This document shows, piece after piece, positions 50,323 through 62,564 of a DNA stretch of 64,000 nucleotides. The stretch comes from Xylographa opegraphella. Taxonomy: Eukaryota. Position 1 is the stretch's first letter. Every line of letters begins with the position of its first letter. The notes under the pieces are model-generated. The model was given only the letters and a program-made list of their open reading frames with translations. It did no database searches and was not told the origin of the DNA. Position numbers and translations under genes: made by a program. Where the stretch lies: positions 248,001 through 312,000 of the forward strand of contig JALDZX010000007.1 in the NCBI GenBank assembly GCA_022813865.1. Reading direction: 5' to 3'.

Positions 50323-51825
50323 ATGGCCCAAGCAAAACCCCTTGGACACCCTTTGCGCGAGCATTTTCTATCAGGTTCGAATCCCAATCTCAACCATGGC
50401 TCTTTCGGCACCTTCCCTGAGGAGGTCCGCTCCACTCTGAATGAGTACCAGAGGCAGCTCGAGTCTCAGCCCGACATCTTCATCCGCTATACGTATCCCC
50501 CTCTTCTCGACAAGGCTCGCACTGCCACGGCTTCTCTGCTCAATGTTCCTGTGGAAGAGGTGGTGTTTGTGCCCAACGCCACCACCGGAATCAATACCGT
50601 GCTCAGAGGGATGAAATTCGAAAACGGAGACCTGATAGTACACTTTGAGACCGTGTATGGAGCCATCGAGAAGACTGTGGACTATATTGTGGAGACCACC
50701 ATGGTCGAGAGTGAAGCGATCGGGGCCCGGTGGCCGATTGAGGATGACACGCTTGTTCAGCGCTTCGAAGAAAGCATTGTGAAATTGAATAGAGAGGGTG
50801 GAGGAAGGAGGAAAGTCCGCTTAGCCATCTTTGACACTATCGTTAGTATGCCTGGGGTTCGTGTGCCATTTGAGCGGTTGATTGCCAAATGCAAGGAGCT
50901 GGACGTCCTCTCAATGGTTGACGGCGCTCACGGAATCGGCCATATCCCTCTTGATCTGGGAACACTGAAGCCAGATTTCTTCGTCAGCAATCTCCACAAG
51001 TAAGAAACCAGCTCACGTCCACCCTACCAAAATGCGTCTTTCCAGTTTCTGTCCTCGCATCTTCTATCTTCCCGCTTCTTACTATGACTCCGAACCTTCA
51101 CCCTATCAAGTATCCAAACCTAGCCGTGCATCGAGCTAACACCTTGACCTAGGTGGCTCTTCGTCCCCCGCGGTGCATGCGTTCTCCACGTCCCACTCGC
51201 CAATCAGCACCTAATCCGCTCCTCGCTCCCCACCTCCTGGGGCTTCGTCCCAGCCCCAAAAACCGCCCCCCAATCCTCCCACCCCAGGAAGCCAAAGGAA
51301 ATCACCTCTCCCCTCCCCGCCTCCCGCCAACCTCCCTTCATCGCCCTGTTCGAATACACCGCCACGATCGACAACACAAACTACCTCTGCGTCCCCGCCG
51401 CCCTCTCCTTCCGCTCCACCATCTGCGGCGGCGAGGACCGCATCATGTCGTACTGCATCCACCTCGCCCTCGAAGGCGGAAACCGCGCCGCGGAGATCTT
51501 GGGCACGGACGTCATGGACAACGCGACGCACACGATGCGGAACTGCGCCTTCGCCATGGTCAGGTTGCCGCTGAGCATTGGCGCCGGGAAGGGTATGGTG
51601 CGCGAGGGGGATAAAGCGGCTGTGGCGCAGTGGATGGCGAGACGGGCCGCGGAGGAGTGTCATACGTATTTTGCGGTTGTGTTGTATGGGGAGCGGTGGT
51701 GGTGGCGGGTCTCGGCTCAGGTGTACCTCGAGGTCGTGGACGTGGAGTGGGGAGCGAGGAAGTTGAAGGAGCTCTGCGAGAGGGTGTCGAGTGGGGAGTG
51801 GCTCACGGAAGGAAAGGCGGAATAG
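50323..51825 (+). CDS. egt2: PLP-dependent class V aminotransferase/C-S lyase (hercynylcysteine sulfoxide lyase Egt2 / LolT-like); exons 50323-50999, 51153-51825
   Basis: NLNHGSFG, VFVPNATTGINTVLR, DTIVSMPG, VDGAHGIG, SNLHK|WLFVPRG (PLP Lys at the splice junction), RVSAQVYL. Confidence 0.75.
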
Positions 51826-52200
51826 GGGGTCAACATTGGGATACCATTGAAGGTGTTTGACGGACAAGAGTTAATTGCACGATACTTTGCATAGAATTGT
51901 TTATTTAAAAAATTCCATGGGGCAGAAACATGCGACGAATTTATACTTGGATCCCCTAGCGAAGATTCAAACTCGCTTGTTTTACCCTTACCGAAAGAGT
52001 CCCCAAAGTTTCCAAGTATAAATCCACAGCAGAATGAGTGGACATGTGCTTCAATTGACTCGATTAATAGCCTTACAAGGTAAATGAAATATTTGCTTCC
52101 TCCTTCGTGCTACCGTACTCAACCCGTGCACTCGCCATGCCTGCAAGCCACTATCCAGCCAAGTTCAAGCCATCCGACCCTCCCACCCTCACGAGCAACG

Positions 52201-55200
52201 CTAATTCCTCCTAATCGCAACATCCTCCTCCTGCGAATCCAATGACCAGACCTGCGTCTGGGAGACATAGCACGTGGGCGCCTTCTTATCCGTCAGCTGG
52301 TCGGTATAGACAGTCCCATACACAAACAGGGTCAACGTCTCGCCTGCCAGAACGGTCAGGTCGGGCGCCTCGAGACCGGTGTCGGGGTCGGTTTTGATAG
52401 GACCCTCGATCTGGAAATTGACTTGGTTGACGTCGTTCTTCGTGTCGCCGGTGTTGCCGGAGGGCACGAAGTGCTGGACGATGTTCAGACTGGCTTGGGA
52501 GTTGGAGCCTGCGCTGGATTGGAGCCGGCAGTAGCCGGCAGAGGTCTTGGTCGAGTCGCCGGTTTGGAAGGCGACGCCGTCGTTGAAGAGAGCGGCGGGA
52601 TTGGGTCCGCTGGTGAGTTCGACCTCGAGGGCGACGATGCCGCAGAAGTCGGCTCCTGTGGTGTTTTTGAAGCTCATTTGAACTTCTTGAACGGTCGACT
52701 GGTTCATAGTATAAGTGGTTGGCATGGAAAAAGTCGTTGGCATGTCCGGCGCTTGTATGCTGGACCCGTCCGCCCAAGGTTTACCCGTATTCTGCATCCA
52801 CTGCTCCACAGGGTTTGCTGGAGGAGGCTTGGTGTACTCCCATATAAAGAGTGCGATCATGACCAATAGCCCGATGCTGATGGAACATTAGCGTTGGAAA
52901 AGATGACTTTCCGAATATTCACTTACACTGCAAGGACGATCGTAACGCTGGCGAAAATAGACGCGGCCGCGAAGTAGGTTGCCACTGCGGAGGCAGCGAA
53001 GGCACGCCCCGATAACCATCCCAACCCAACCGCAAGTGAGGCTATCGCTGCAGTGGCTCCCAGCTATCTTTCAATTAGTGACTCCTCTGCCGATAATCTC
53101 AATGCAAAGTTATATCGATAGAAATACATGTACGTCCACTGACAAGCTATGCGGCTTTGTCGTATTGAACTGAATTCGGGGACAAGATGCCCGAAGGGGC
53201 CAGCGGCTTATCAGCGTGACACATGAATTGAGATGTACTTACTCCAACCATGATCGCGGCTCCAATACCTTCTATCAGCGCCAAGGCGACCTGTATTGAC
53301 TGGAATATGCGGTCGCCAGTCGAGAGCTTGCTCCAATTCTCGACCAGTTGCCACGTCATGAATATGGCCATGCCGATCGCCACGAGATAACCCAAAACAT
53401 CCAACACACCTCGAACGATGGTGAACGCCTTCGTGATGCGTGCGGCTTTGTTGGCTGCATTGAGAGATGCCTCGAGTGCTGCTTCCAATTCGTCCGACGC
53501 CTGACCTTCAACCATCTGCCATTCGGAAGTTATTGGTTTTATGTCATCACCATTCAGTTCCTCGGCCAGATTTGTCTCTGGAATCAGATTTTCGGGCGCG
53601 GAGCCTACCCCAGAGGCGTCCACATCAAGTACTGCCGACTCATTTTGCAGGAACTCTCCATACTCCTGGTCGAAGCGTGCACATAATGACTGGCCCGCAG
53701 GGTCAAGAGCACCACCTTTACGGCGCAAGATGGTTTCAATGGCGTCGGTACCCAGCTTAGCCATGTTGTTGAAGGAGCCAATGACACCCAAAATCAGTTG
53801 GCCTCGCTTTAACGTATCTGCATCGGCCCAAGTGTCACTCAAGAGCCAAATTTGGGCTCCCAAAGCCGCCGCACCAACAAGAAAAAGCAAACTTTTGCCG
53901 AGAATAGCTGTCATGCCGGGTAGATCCGGCGGAAGTGGATCGACGTTGTCCTTTTCCATGGCTTCTTCAGCAACATCTCCAATTCGTTCGGCACCATTCT
54001 TCCAGGCAGCTGCCATCGCCTGACCTTTCGCGATGATCCAGCTGCCGCCAGACTTGATCCAGCCGAATGTTATGGCGAGACCAGCCATCATCAAGCGAAT
54101 ACGGCTCCCGAAGCTTGATATGACCAACAAAGACTGGTCTTTGGGAGACATAGCATCCCATCCCTTTAGCTGTTCGCCCCACGCTTTTATTTCTTTGCCC
54201 ATTTGTATAAGAGATGGACTAGTAATTGACGGATCGTTTGACAAAAGCTTCAGCACAATGTCCTGAAGAGTGTCCTGTAGCCATAGATCCTCAAGTTTGT
54301 TAGCAACGATGTTACTGTTCACGTTTGGATTTCCCCAGTATGGTGAGTGCCACAATGGCCAGTTCTTTCTCGCTAAGACGATATACGTAAGCTGATTGGA
54401 GTTGGTATCGGTGACAGTGATTGTTTGGCTGCTCGTATCATCTGTCCAGATCTTACGCATATATTTCTGCGACGCGGCATTATCCAGTGCGTCCATAACT
54501 AATAACAAGTATTAGTTCTCTCCATTCCTTTCACTGTTATGACAGACTGAACTTACTTGCAGTCAACTTAGTGAGCAATGTTGTGGCCTAAGGCCTTAGT
54601 CAGTCTCAAGATCCCATCTGATATAGTCGGGGCAGGAGAAATTAGCTTACAGATGCGCTTGGACCATTGCCAAATGCCCCGAGGCCGTAAGCATTAGTGT
54701 AATTGTTGAAGAGTTTAGTAGAAATGGTCAAACCACCGTTACCGCCGTCCGAGTTGTAAGCAGTCATAACTGGAGGATAGTTTGTGCGTATTTGGTACCG
54801 AGTCAGATTCCTCTCGAGGCTTTGGTATATGCCGGACTTGGCCAGGCATTCCCCACCCTGGCCGGTCCAGAAATAGCGAATGTTCTTTATCTCCTTCGAT
54901 GTGAATCTATACTGACTTCTGATCTGTGAGTCATCTTGAGCAAGGACCTGGCAAATATATGCCCGCGCGTATGTATTCGCCAACCATTTTGCAGTATCTG
55001 AACCCACAAGGTCAGTCGTGAATTGGGCTGGCAAATTTGTAGGCTTCGCGACTCCAAGAAAGAGCCCTCTTTCGCTATCACTCATGTGCCATGCCATGAC
55101 ATTCTTGAGTAATGTCTGCACGTTACTGTTCACCGTGTTTTGATCATATTCACACTGGACGATCTGGGTCATCAGGTCATTATCATCGTCTAGCCTAGCA

Positions 55201-58148
55201 GAAGCGAGGCGTCCAATAATGTCCGCCTCCGGTACAGTATGTGCGGCGAGTTGAAAATGCCCTGTGGCCCGTGTTGCTTGAGTCGCTTCTGCTTGGGCAT
55301 CGGACAAGAGTATTTCATTTGACATGTTGTGATTTCCGCCTACCCAGTGTGCGGTACCATTGCGACCCGAAGAGTATATATCGAACTCAGTGAATATGCC
55401 CGTGACTGTCGAGCCATCGATTGCAGTTGTCAACTTCAAGCTTTGGAAAAGAATCGGGATTACGAACGATGGATTCATTCCAATCCCAGTGAAATGGAGA
55501 TTAGTAGTGGGAGGCTGAGATTTCTGATCCAGATAATCGGGGTTGTTTTGGAGCCAGGTCGTGTACTCATCTGACGCTTGAAGGATTTTCTGCGCATAAA
55601 GCACATTGAAGGTATGATAAATCTGAGAGTCTACACTGCTCGAGGCGATGTGTTCGTAAAGTTTCTGCATTTGATCCATGGCGTTTTGTGCGTCTGCGTT
55701 TGGCAAGATTTTCTTGCAATTTGACAGCATGGCGTCGCTGACCTGATCGTACAAACCGATCGTTAAAGAGTCGTAGTCAACAACGTCATCTATGATATCC
55801 ATAGTCACAGAACCACAAGGGACGCTTGGTTTCCATGTTGTCGGATCCAGCGAGCCGTCAAAAGACCGCGGATCATACTGCATACTCCAGGACCAAAAGT
55901 TTGGGTCATCGTCGTTGGCCTGTAGAATTTTCTTCATAGCACCACTTTTGACGGCGTGGTGCGTCTTCCCAAGGCCCGTCCTTTTTGCCAGAACGCCAGG
56001 AATCATCTGAAATCTGGTGAAGTTCGCAGCTACTTCCTCGTAGGTTGGAAGTTTCTCCCTACTCCTAATTAAGCGCCCTTCTGCTCTGAATCCCTTCTTC
56101 GTGAATGTACAGTATGCATGTTCCCAAGTAGCGTTATTGATTCGTCGTGACCAGCTTAAACGTTTTCCGTCAAAGGAGGCCTGCTCACATAGCTTTGAAT
56201 CAATCCGTAGCACGCCGCTGTGCAGTTCTACTCTGGCCAGACACTTCATCGAATCTTTGGAGTACAATATGTATGGCATGATGAGCTCCCGAATCGAGAT
56301 TCTTGATATTGGCTGCACTTTCCCTCCATATAATGGTGACGGGGATTTAGCCTCCCTTTCGATAGCTTCCAGCACGGTCTGGCCCCCAAAACGTCTCAAA
56401 TATGGTATCACAGCCCCGCTCTGTGATAACAAACGAAGTCTTTGAGCCTGAGGGATCTCCTGAAGCTGCGCTGCAATGGAGGAGACCGTTATCTCTGGAT
56501 AGTTGAGTGCAACGAGATAGCCGTTTGCGTGGTAGCTTCTCAGTCCCTCACGTAGATGAACACCATAAACATACTTTTCTTGTGAAGTCCTGCCACGAAT
56601 TGATCTGATCTGGACATGTTGGTACTTCTTACCATCGCTGGTATGGAGAAGAATATGACCAACTTGCAGCTTGCCAACATCCAGCCATGGGTTTTCCACT
56701 CGAGCAATTTCTGGAACAATGGCTCTCAATCCGGTGGTTGTGAAGAAGACATGGCCAGGGGTAAAGAATTCACGCTCTCCATTGAAACCAAAGAGATGCT
56801 TTGGGTCTCGATGAATCACGTTTTCGTCAGATACTATGCCATACTGTTGTGGTTGAGCATGCGTCAAGAGCCTTGTTCCTTCCGAGAGTTTTTCTATAGG
56901 TTTTGATCCTTGATCTGTCATTATTTGAGTCCCAGCAGAGAAGCAAGATCCCGCAAATATGCTGTGTTGTTCAACAACATAATTGTTTACTTGAGCGTTA
57001 GCATTGATGAAGCTCTGACCGGCGTTGTTCTTTGCCCATTGAACTAGGTCCCCTCCGTAGATCATGTTGACTGTGTAAGCAAAGGCGGCGGAAGTCGCTC
57101 CATCCGATACTCCATCCGCTTCTGCAGCCATGACAGCGATTTGCCAGAAAGAACCATTTGCCGACAAATCTGTGTTCCATTGGTACCACAGCTGAAAGCT
57201 TGTTGCCTGGTTGTACGCTTCAATCGTGTCATTGCTGAATAAGGTCTGGTTCTTGCCGTCTTCAATAAGTTGGCTTATGCTGGAATCAAGCGCTCCGAGC
57301 TCAGTACCAGCTGATGGGAACAAGGCATTTCCGTTCGCTAGGCCGGCAACGTAAGCGCTTAATTGAGCATCAGCAGTTCCTGTTACCGAGAATATGCCAG
57401 ATAATGCATAGCCGTAGCTTTGGGCAAGAGCGATAAGCTGGTCCTTCGCCATTGTAGAAACGCTCAATTTAGATTGCCACCGTTGTACAATCTCGTATGA
57501 GGATGTCTTTGTGATGTCTTGGGGCATTACAAAGTCAGGCCCAAGCATAAAATATTCGTACGTAAAGAGCACATTCAGAGCACAATGATTATCTGGCTGA
57601 TCTTGAAAAGGGTTGAAAAAGGGTCCTTTCACAAAGGTGGCGAAGGACGTGTCTGTATATAGTTGCCGCAAAGTCGAGAACCCATCAAGTGCAATTTGGG
57701 TGTTGATGTGTTCTGCATACATTGGTGTGATCAGATCCTGTATCTTGCTTTTCGGTACTTGAAAAGCTGGCTCCTATAGCAACAGGAACTATTAGAGAGG
57801 ACCGCATTAGAACGGCGAGCAATTCCCACCACAATACTTGCCGTATCGAAACCCACTCACCTGGTTCACAAGAGCCGCAAACTTCTTCCCATGATCATCG
57901 ATCGTCGGAATGACAGCAGCAGTAGAGGCTGCAGCCAAGGCCTGTACTCGTTGCGAGCAATCAGTGCCGTCCCAGATACAGTTGCTGCGGGAACTGCCTG
58001 CTTTGGAGAAGTACTTCGTGATCGCTGACATGTTACAAGCAGTCAAAGACGCAGCTTTAAGGTCAGCAACAGCGGCGAGTGCTTGGAACCCCGATACCTT
58101 GCCTAGGGTTTCCATAAAGCGCTCAATATCCGGCGTATTGGACGACAT
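52201..58148 (-). CDS. Large Hint-domain protein with hydrophobic helical C-terminal region, ~1836 aa; exons 58148-57861, 57773-54651, 54587-54557, 54498-53243, 53063-52927, 52876-52201
   Basis: Five canonical GT-AG introns join four computed ORFs and two short exons into one open frame (5511 nt). Hint motifs at aa ~373-520 and several long hydrophobic segments in exons 4-6. Confidence 0.8.
56502..56945 (-). other. Hint (hedgehog/intein) autoprocessing domain, ~148 aa, no endonuclease
   Basis: Block A CFSAGTQI..GSKPIEKL, block B FFTPGHVFF (TxxH), and blocks F/G-like VYGVHLREGLRSYHANGYLVALN. Confidence 0.85.
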
Positions 58149-59539
58149 CCTGAGTCGCAGTTTCTCAAAAATCGATGATGCAGTAATAATCTAGATAAAT
58201 GAGATTCATAGAGGTGCTTTGGCTGGCTTCGAAGATGAAATGGATTGTGTGCTCTGCGTCCAATATATATACCGGCCTCGAGCAGAACTGCCTTTCCCTC
58301 TCCTTCCCTTTCCTTTCTTTTCCTTCCCTTCGTCTTGCATTGAGCTGATATCAATCACCCCTCTTTGAGGCGCACTTCTAGCCCTGGCCTACAGCATCGC
58401 CCAAAGCTGAGCAGTGATGGCCTTATTCTCCATCAAGCCTACACATGCGGTGAGTGTCCGTGAAAAACTGCGCCAATACCAGCCCTGGATAGCACATGGT
58501 TATCTGATTGGACATGCTTAGGGTGAAGCAGTGGTTCTGATCGTGTTCGTTTTACATTCAGCGCTGATCGTGCTTCGTATTCGGCGGAATTGTGGAAGTG
58601 GCGTTAATGGAGCAGAAGTGCTGCTCGCCTGGATATAACGGCAAATGGCAAGCTCTCGAGCAAAACACGAGCGTCTATACTGGTGCTCACTATTTCGGCG
58701 GCCTTAACGTGAACAGTTTCTGCAGGCTGCAGCTCATGCAAGCCTATCATGGTAGGCACTGCAGCTTTATTGTGACGCGTATCGAAGGCTTTTCGTTCTA
58801 TACATCGTCGGCTTACTATTGTAAGGTAAGTAGTAGCTTCTGCTAGCCAGTCATCATGACAGCTGTAAACCCGCTATAATGCATATGACACGGGAGCACT
58901 GCTACGAGAAACTACGCTTCGTGAACCTTATCAACAAGAGTTCATTGGTAGAGAAGATGTGGTGACAGACCATCGACGGTTCACTGGATATGGGGTTAAT
59001 CGCTTGCCAGCCGCTCACTCTCCACCTAAACATGCCAAGTATCAACGTTGCCTCGGGGCTTGATACCTGTTTAGGATAATGCATAGCCCGAGGCGCCCAC
59101 TACTCCAGTACATTAAAGCCCGCTGTCACATTATCATTACTGTGCTAGAAACTTCCTATTGTCGTACGAGGACATTAGCTGCATACATGAAGCCAACTCG
59201 GTCGCGTCGAGTCGCCTTTGCCCACCCGATAAGGTCCTAAATCTACGGCCTAAATCTATCCCATGTGTATGTGACGACCTTGCTTTCTGGCGCGAAGCTA
59301 CCACTCATCACTGGTCGGAAAGAGGCCTTTACTCTCCTCAAAAGTGATCGTTGGACTTCCATATAAAGTCATATATCTGCATTAATCCAACTCCCATAAG
59401 CTCTCTTCTAGGATTGCCCTCGTTCCAATTGACATTAGCATTGCCATTCACCTTCTTGGTTTATATTGTACCAGGGTGTCCCTTTGCACCGTGCGGAAGA
59501 TGTGGTAATGAGATCCGTACCTGACCTGCCTTACATACT

Positions 59540-59780
59540 TGGGTGGTGAACTCCAGCCCGTATTTTTTTGTATCTAGAGGGTTACAGCCTCTTAGATTAA
59601 TAATGTGCCCACCTAAATTGTTTATATATAATGATTCTCTGTGCTTAATACTGATATATCCTCTAGTAGATTCTCTATTATCTTTTCACTATAGATTCTC
59701 CGGGGACGTCTCGGATATTGGGAATATACGGCGGATCCAAATTGGCGGGCAAGAATATTGACACTATATTGTAATTCAGT
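59540..59780. other. AT/TpA-rich patch, possible RIP-mutated repeat fragment
   Basis: Local excess of TA dinucleotides (TCTAGA, TATATATAA, CTCTAGTAGA, CTATAGA) compared with the flanks. Confidence 0.35.
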
Positions 59781-59975
59781 CAGCACAAGCTCTCTGAAGT
59801 ATGGTCAAGCTCAAGGTGTATTTCCCTGAGGAGAAAGATACTAGTAAACGTCCCCTTTGATCTTTCGATACCCTATCTGAGATCACTCCGATCTCAAATC
59901 CGAGCCTCTCTCAGATATCCGAACATACACTTTGCGGCCCTCGAAGACCAGTGACAGTTGGCGCAGCCCAAGAGG

Positions 59976-61168
59976 TCACCCGATGTCAGCGCCACACACA
60001 AAACAAACGGTCAAGAGGGGTCGATGTCCTTGCCATGAGCATCGAACCCCAGGTAGGGGAAACAGGCGCTGTAGCCCGCAAATTCTACCCCAATCGTCAA
60101 TACATTCGTTAGCGTAGCCCCACGAATATCCTACACAGGTGAGAGAGATTAAGTCGCTTCCCAAGGGTCCATATTTCAGGTCCGGGACGTCTTTGTCTAG
60201 CGCCGCGTAGACCGCCTGCACCCATTTGGGCGAACGAAGCACGACGTCCCGAGAGAAAAATCCACCCAATCAATCCCACCAGCCATTTTTGGTAGCTTAT
60301 TAGCCTTCTCTTTCATGAGGTTGTATTCCTCTCAGCCCTGTAATAGATCGTTCTCAGCTAATTCCTCGATATTCATGCCTCGTAATCCGCAGGCGGTTGA
60401 TATTTTGCAGCCGTAAAACCGGCACCACTGGTTCTGCGGCATGCAAATCATGCTCCATGTTTTTTAGGATAAGCTTGTACTAGACGTGTAGAGTCTGAAA
60501 CAGCAGCACCGGCCGAGTCCTCCCCTCCCATCTTGGTTCTGGAAGCACGGGCGGAAGTGCAATATATCTGGATCTCCCCAGTGTTTCCCCGGCTGTACAT
60601 TCCCAGTAGCCCAAGTGCTCCACTCGCCGAGAATTTCCTGCTAGGTACTATAACTTTTCCTATTAACTCCTGTTTTCGTTCATTGCATCCATGCCAACAT
60701 GTATGTCCTATTTTCTCCATCACAGCGTGCCTGTTGGATCTCAACCGCCTCAGAATCCACATCCTCAGGATCCAGCTTGTGGAGGCGTTGAAGATCGGAT
60801 GGACGATAGGACATTATACTTTTGTAGTACGCCATTATGGTGTTGAATGACCACGACGTGGCTTTCTCGACTTCGGCTTTGCTATAATACCTGAACGCTT
60901 TCCGGCTTTGAAGTCGTTTGGTGATGGCGCAGGTGTGGAGGGTGTAGTAGAGGTGCTTTGAGCTGAAATGGTGCTGAAGTTTGATAGCATGAAGTGATTG
61001 TTCATAGGCAGTATGCCGTGATCGGCACGACCATATAACCGCCTTTCTATAAGAGTTCAAGACGTCCTCTGAACGATATAACTTACGGAAACAATTGAGT
61101 CTCTTTAGCCAATATGAACTGCCACAGCACCACAGGGAACTTGAGAAGATTTCGGTCTCCGGGACCAT
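59976..61168 (-). pseudogene. Probable degraded gene fragment(s) of unknown identity
   Basis: Protein-like - strand frames (60680-61168, 59976-60269) interrupted by stops, with no recognisable domain. Confidence 0.25.
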
Positions 61169-61759
61169 GTCCCGCGATTATGACCACAGCTCTCACTTTG
61201 CGCATTGTCCCGAACAGTTGTCCATCGTAAGCCTATCGACTTCCAAGCCCCGGCAGACCATAGGGTGTGTCTGATGAATGCTAAACAGTCACTTTATTGC
61301 CTGCAGTAATATCAGAATAATACCATAAATCGGCCTCAAAAATGGTAGCAACCGCGCAGCGAATCCTGCAGGGCCGCAGCGTCGTGCACATGGGCTTGAA
61401 GAAACCACGTCGGTTTGGCTGAGTCCGAGTTCCATTATGATAGGTCGCATTCGCAGATCGCTTAACTCCCAGAGATAAGTCCTTGCAGCGGGCATTCCCC
61501 TGCGCCACCATTCTTCATCTTGTAAGCCAAAGCCAATCACAACATTTCCCTAAGAAGTGACATGCCATAACGATTCGTCCACCACACACATGCTGTAAAA
61601 TGGACTAGTCACTAGAGGTTACTGCCCAAAGCCAACAGTCAATGTCGAAGAAGTATTGACACATTGGTATGTCAGCAGTAGCTATTTGAGGAATCGGCCT
61701 CCGATGAGATACCAGATAGAGATCAGCGTCATTGCAAAATAGTGGGTAAGATATGACAT

Positions 61760-62030
61760 CGGAGGTGATGATGTCGATGGCGATCAAGATCAAGATATTG
61801 TTTTTAAGCTCGTCAACGAGATGTACATGTAGAGTAATGTGAGCCATCCGCCCTGCAAGGCCATAGGAAAAAGTATCAATCACAGTCCATTCATTTGCCG
61901 CGTTAGTAGAAGAGCCAATTCCGTGGACCATTATGGATGATGGTACGGCTTTAAAATTAACCTCTGGGCAATGCTTCAGCAGAAAAGCTCTGTCAATCAA
62001 GCTCATCGAGCATCCAGTATCCAGACAGTC
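61760..62030 (-). mobile_element. Degenerate LTR-retrotransposon (Ty3/Gypsy-like) aspartic protease relic
   Basis: CLDTGCSMSLIDRAFL (retropepsin D-T/S-G), IMVHGIG, HVHLVDELKNNILI. No adjacent RT, integrase or LTR is visible. Confidence 0.65.
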
Positions 62031-62529
62031 GTTGACATTCTCGCTGAAAAAGAGCCAAAGCTTACTTCCGTCGTCGCATATCTCCATTCTCTGAATTACG
62101 TAGCCGAGAAGAACACATCTCGCGCCACCATTAATGACCATAAATTCTCACTGAGTCCCCCTCCGACGTACTCAAGAGAAGCTAACAAAGCACCAAAGCG
62201 AAACACAAATCGCCAAGCGGCGGAAGAAATGAAGCACGCAGCACGGATAAGAAAGGCTGGCGGCATCGACCGCATCGACCACATCGTCCATCCGTAGCTT
62301 GGACGATCCACAGAAAATCTGGTCCAGCGGGTCGATGGCACACTCCGTCGCTTGTACTCTTAGAGAGAAGCGAACAATCCGTCGCTTGTCCTCTAAGAAA
62401 AAACCGATCGGAGTTGTATCGCACGTAACAGGTTCGAAGACCAACATTGACGTATCAAGGAAATATTGAGAATCTGAATCGAATGATCTGCAAGAAAAGA
62501 GGGAAAAGCTCGCGTCACAAGAAACAATG

Positions 62530-62532
<3 letters not shown>

Positions 62533-62562
<30 letters not shown>
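62533..62562. repeat. (AT)15 microsatellite
   Basis: Perfect 30-bp AT run. Confidence 0.95.

Positions 62563-62564
<2 letters not shown>

Noticed and set aside
50323..51825. PLP enzyme as a second aminotransferase of the FAS cluster
   Set aside because: Class V C-S lyase (Egt2-like) motifs, far from the cluster and separated from it by core genes.
56502..56945. Classical mobile intein with homing endonuclease
   Set aside because: Only ~148 aa, no LAGLIDADG/HNH motif, no penultimate His, the +1 residue is Tyr, and the host is not a recognisable conserved enzyme.
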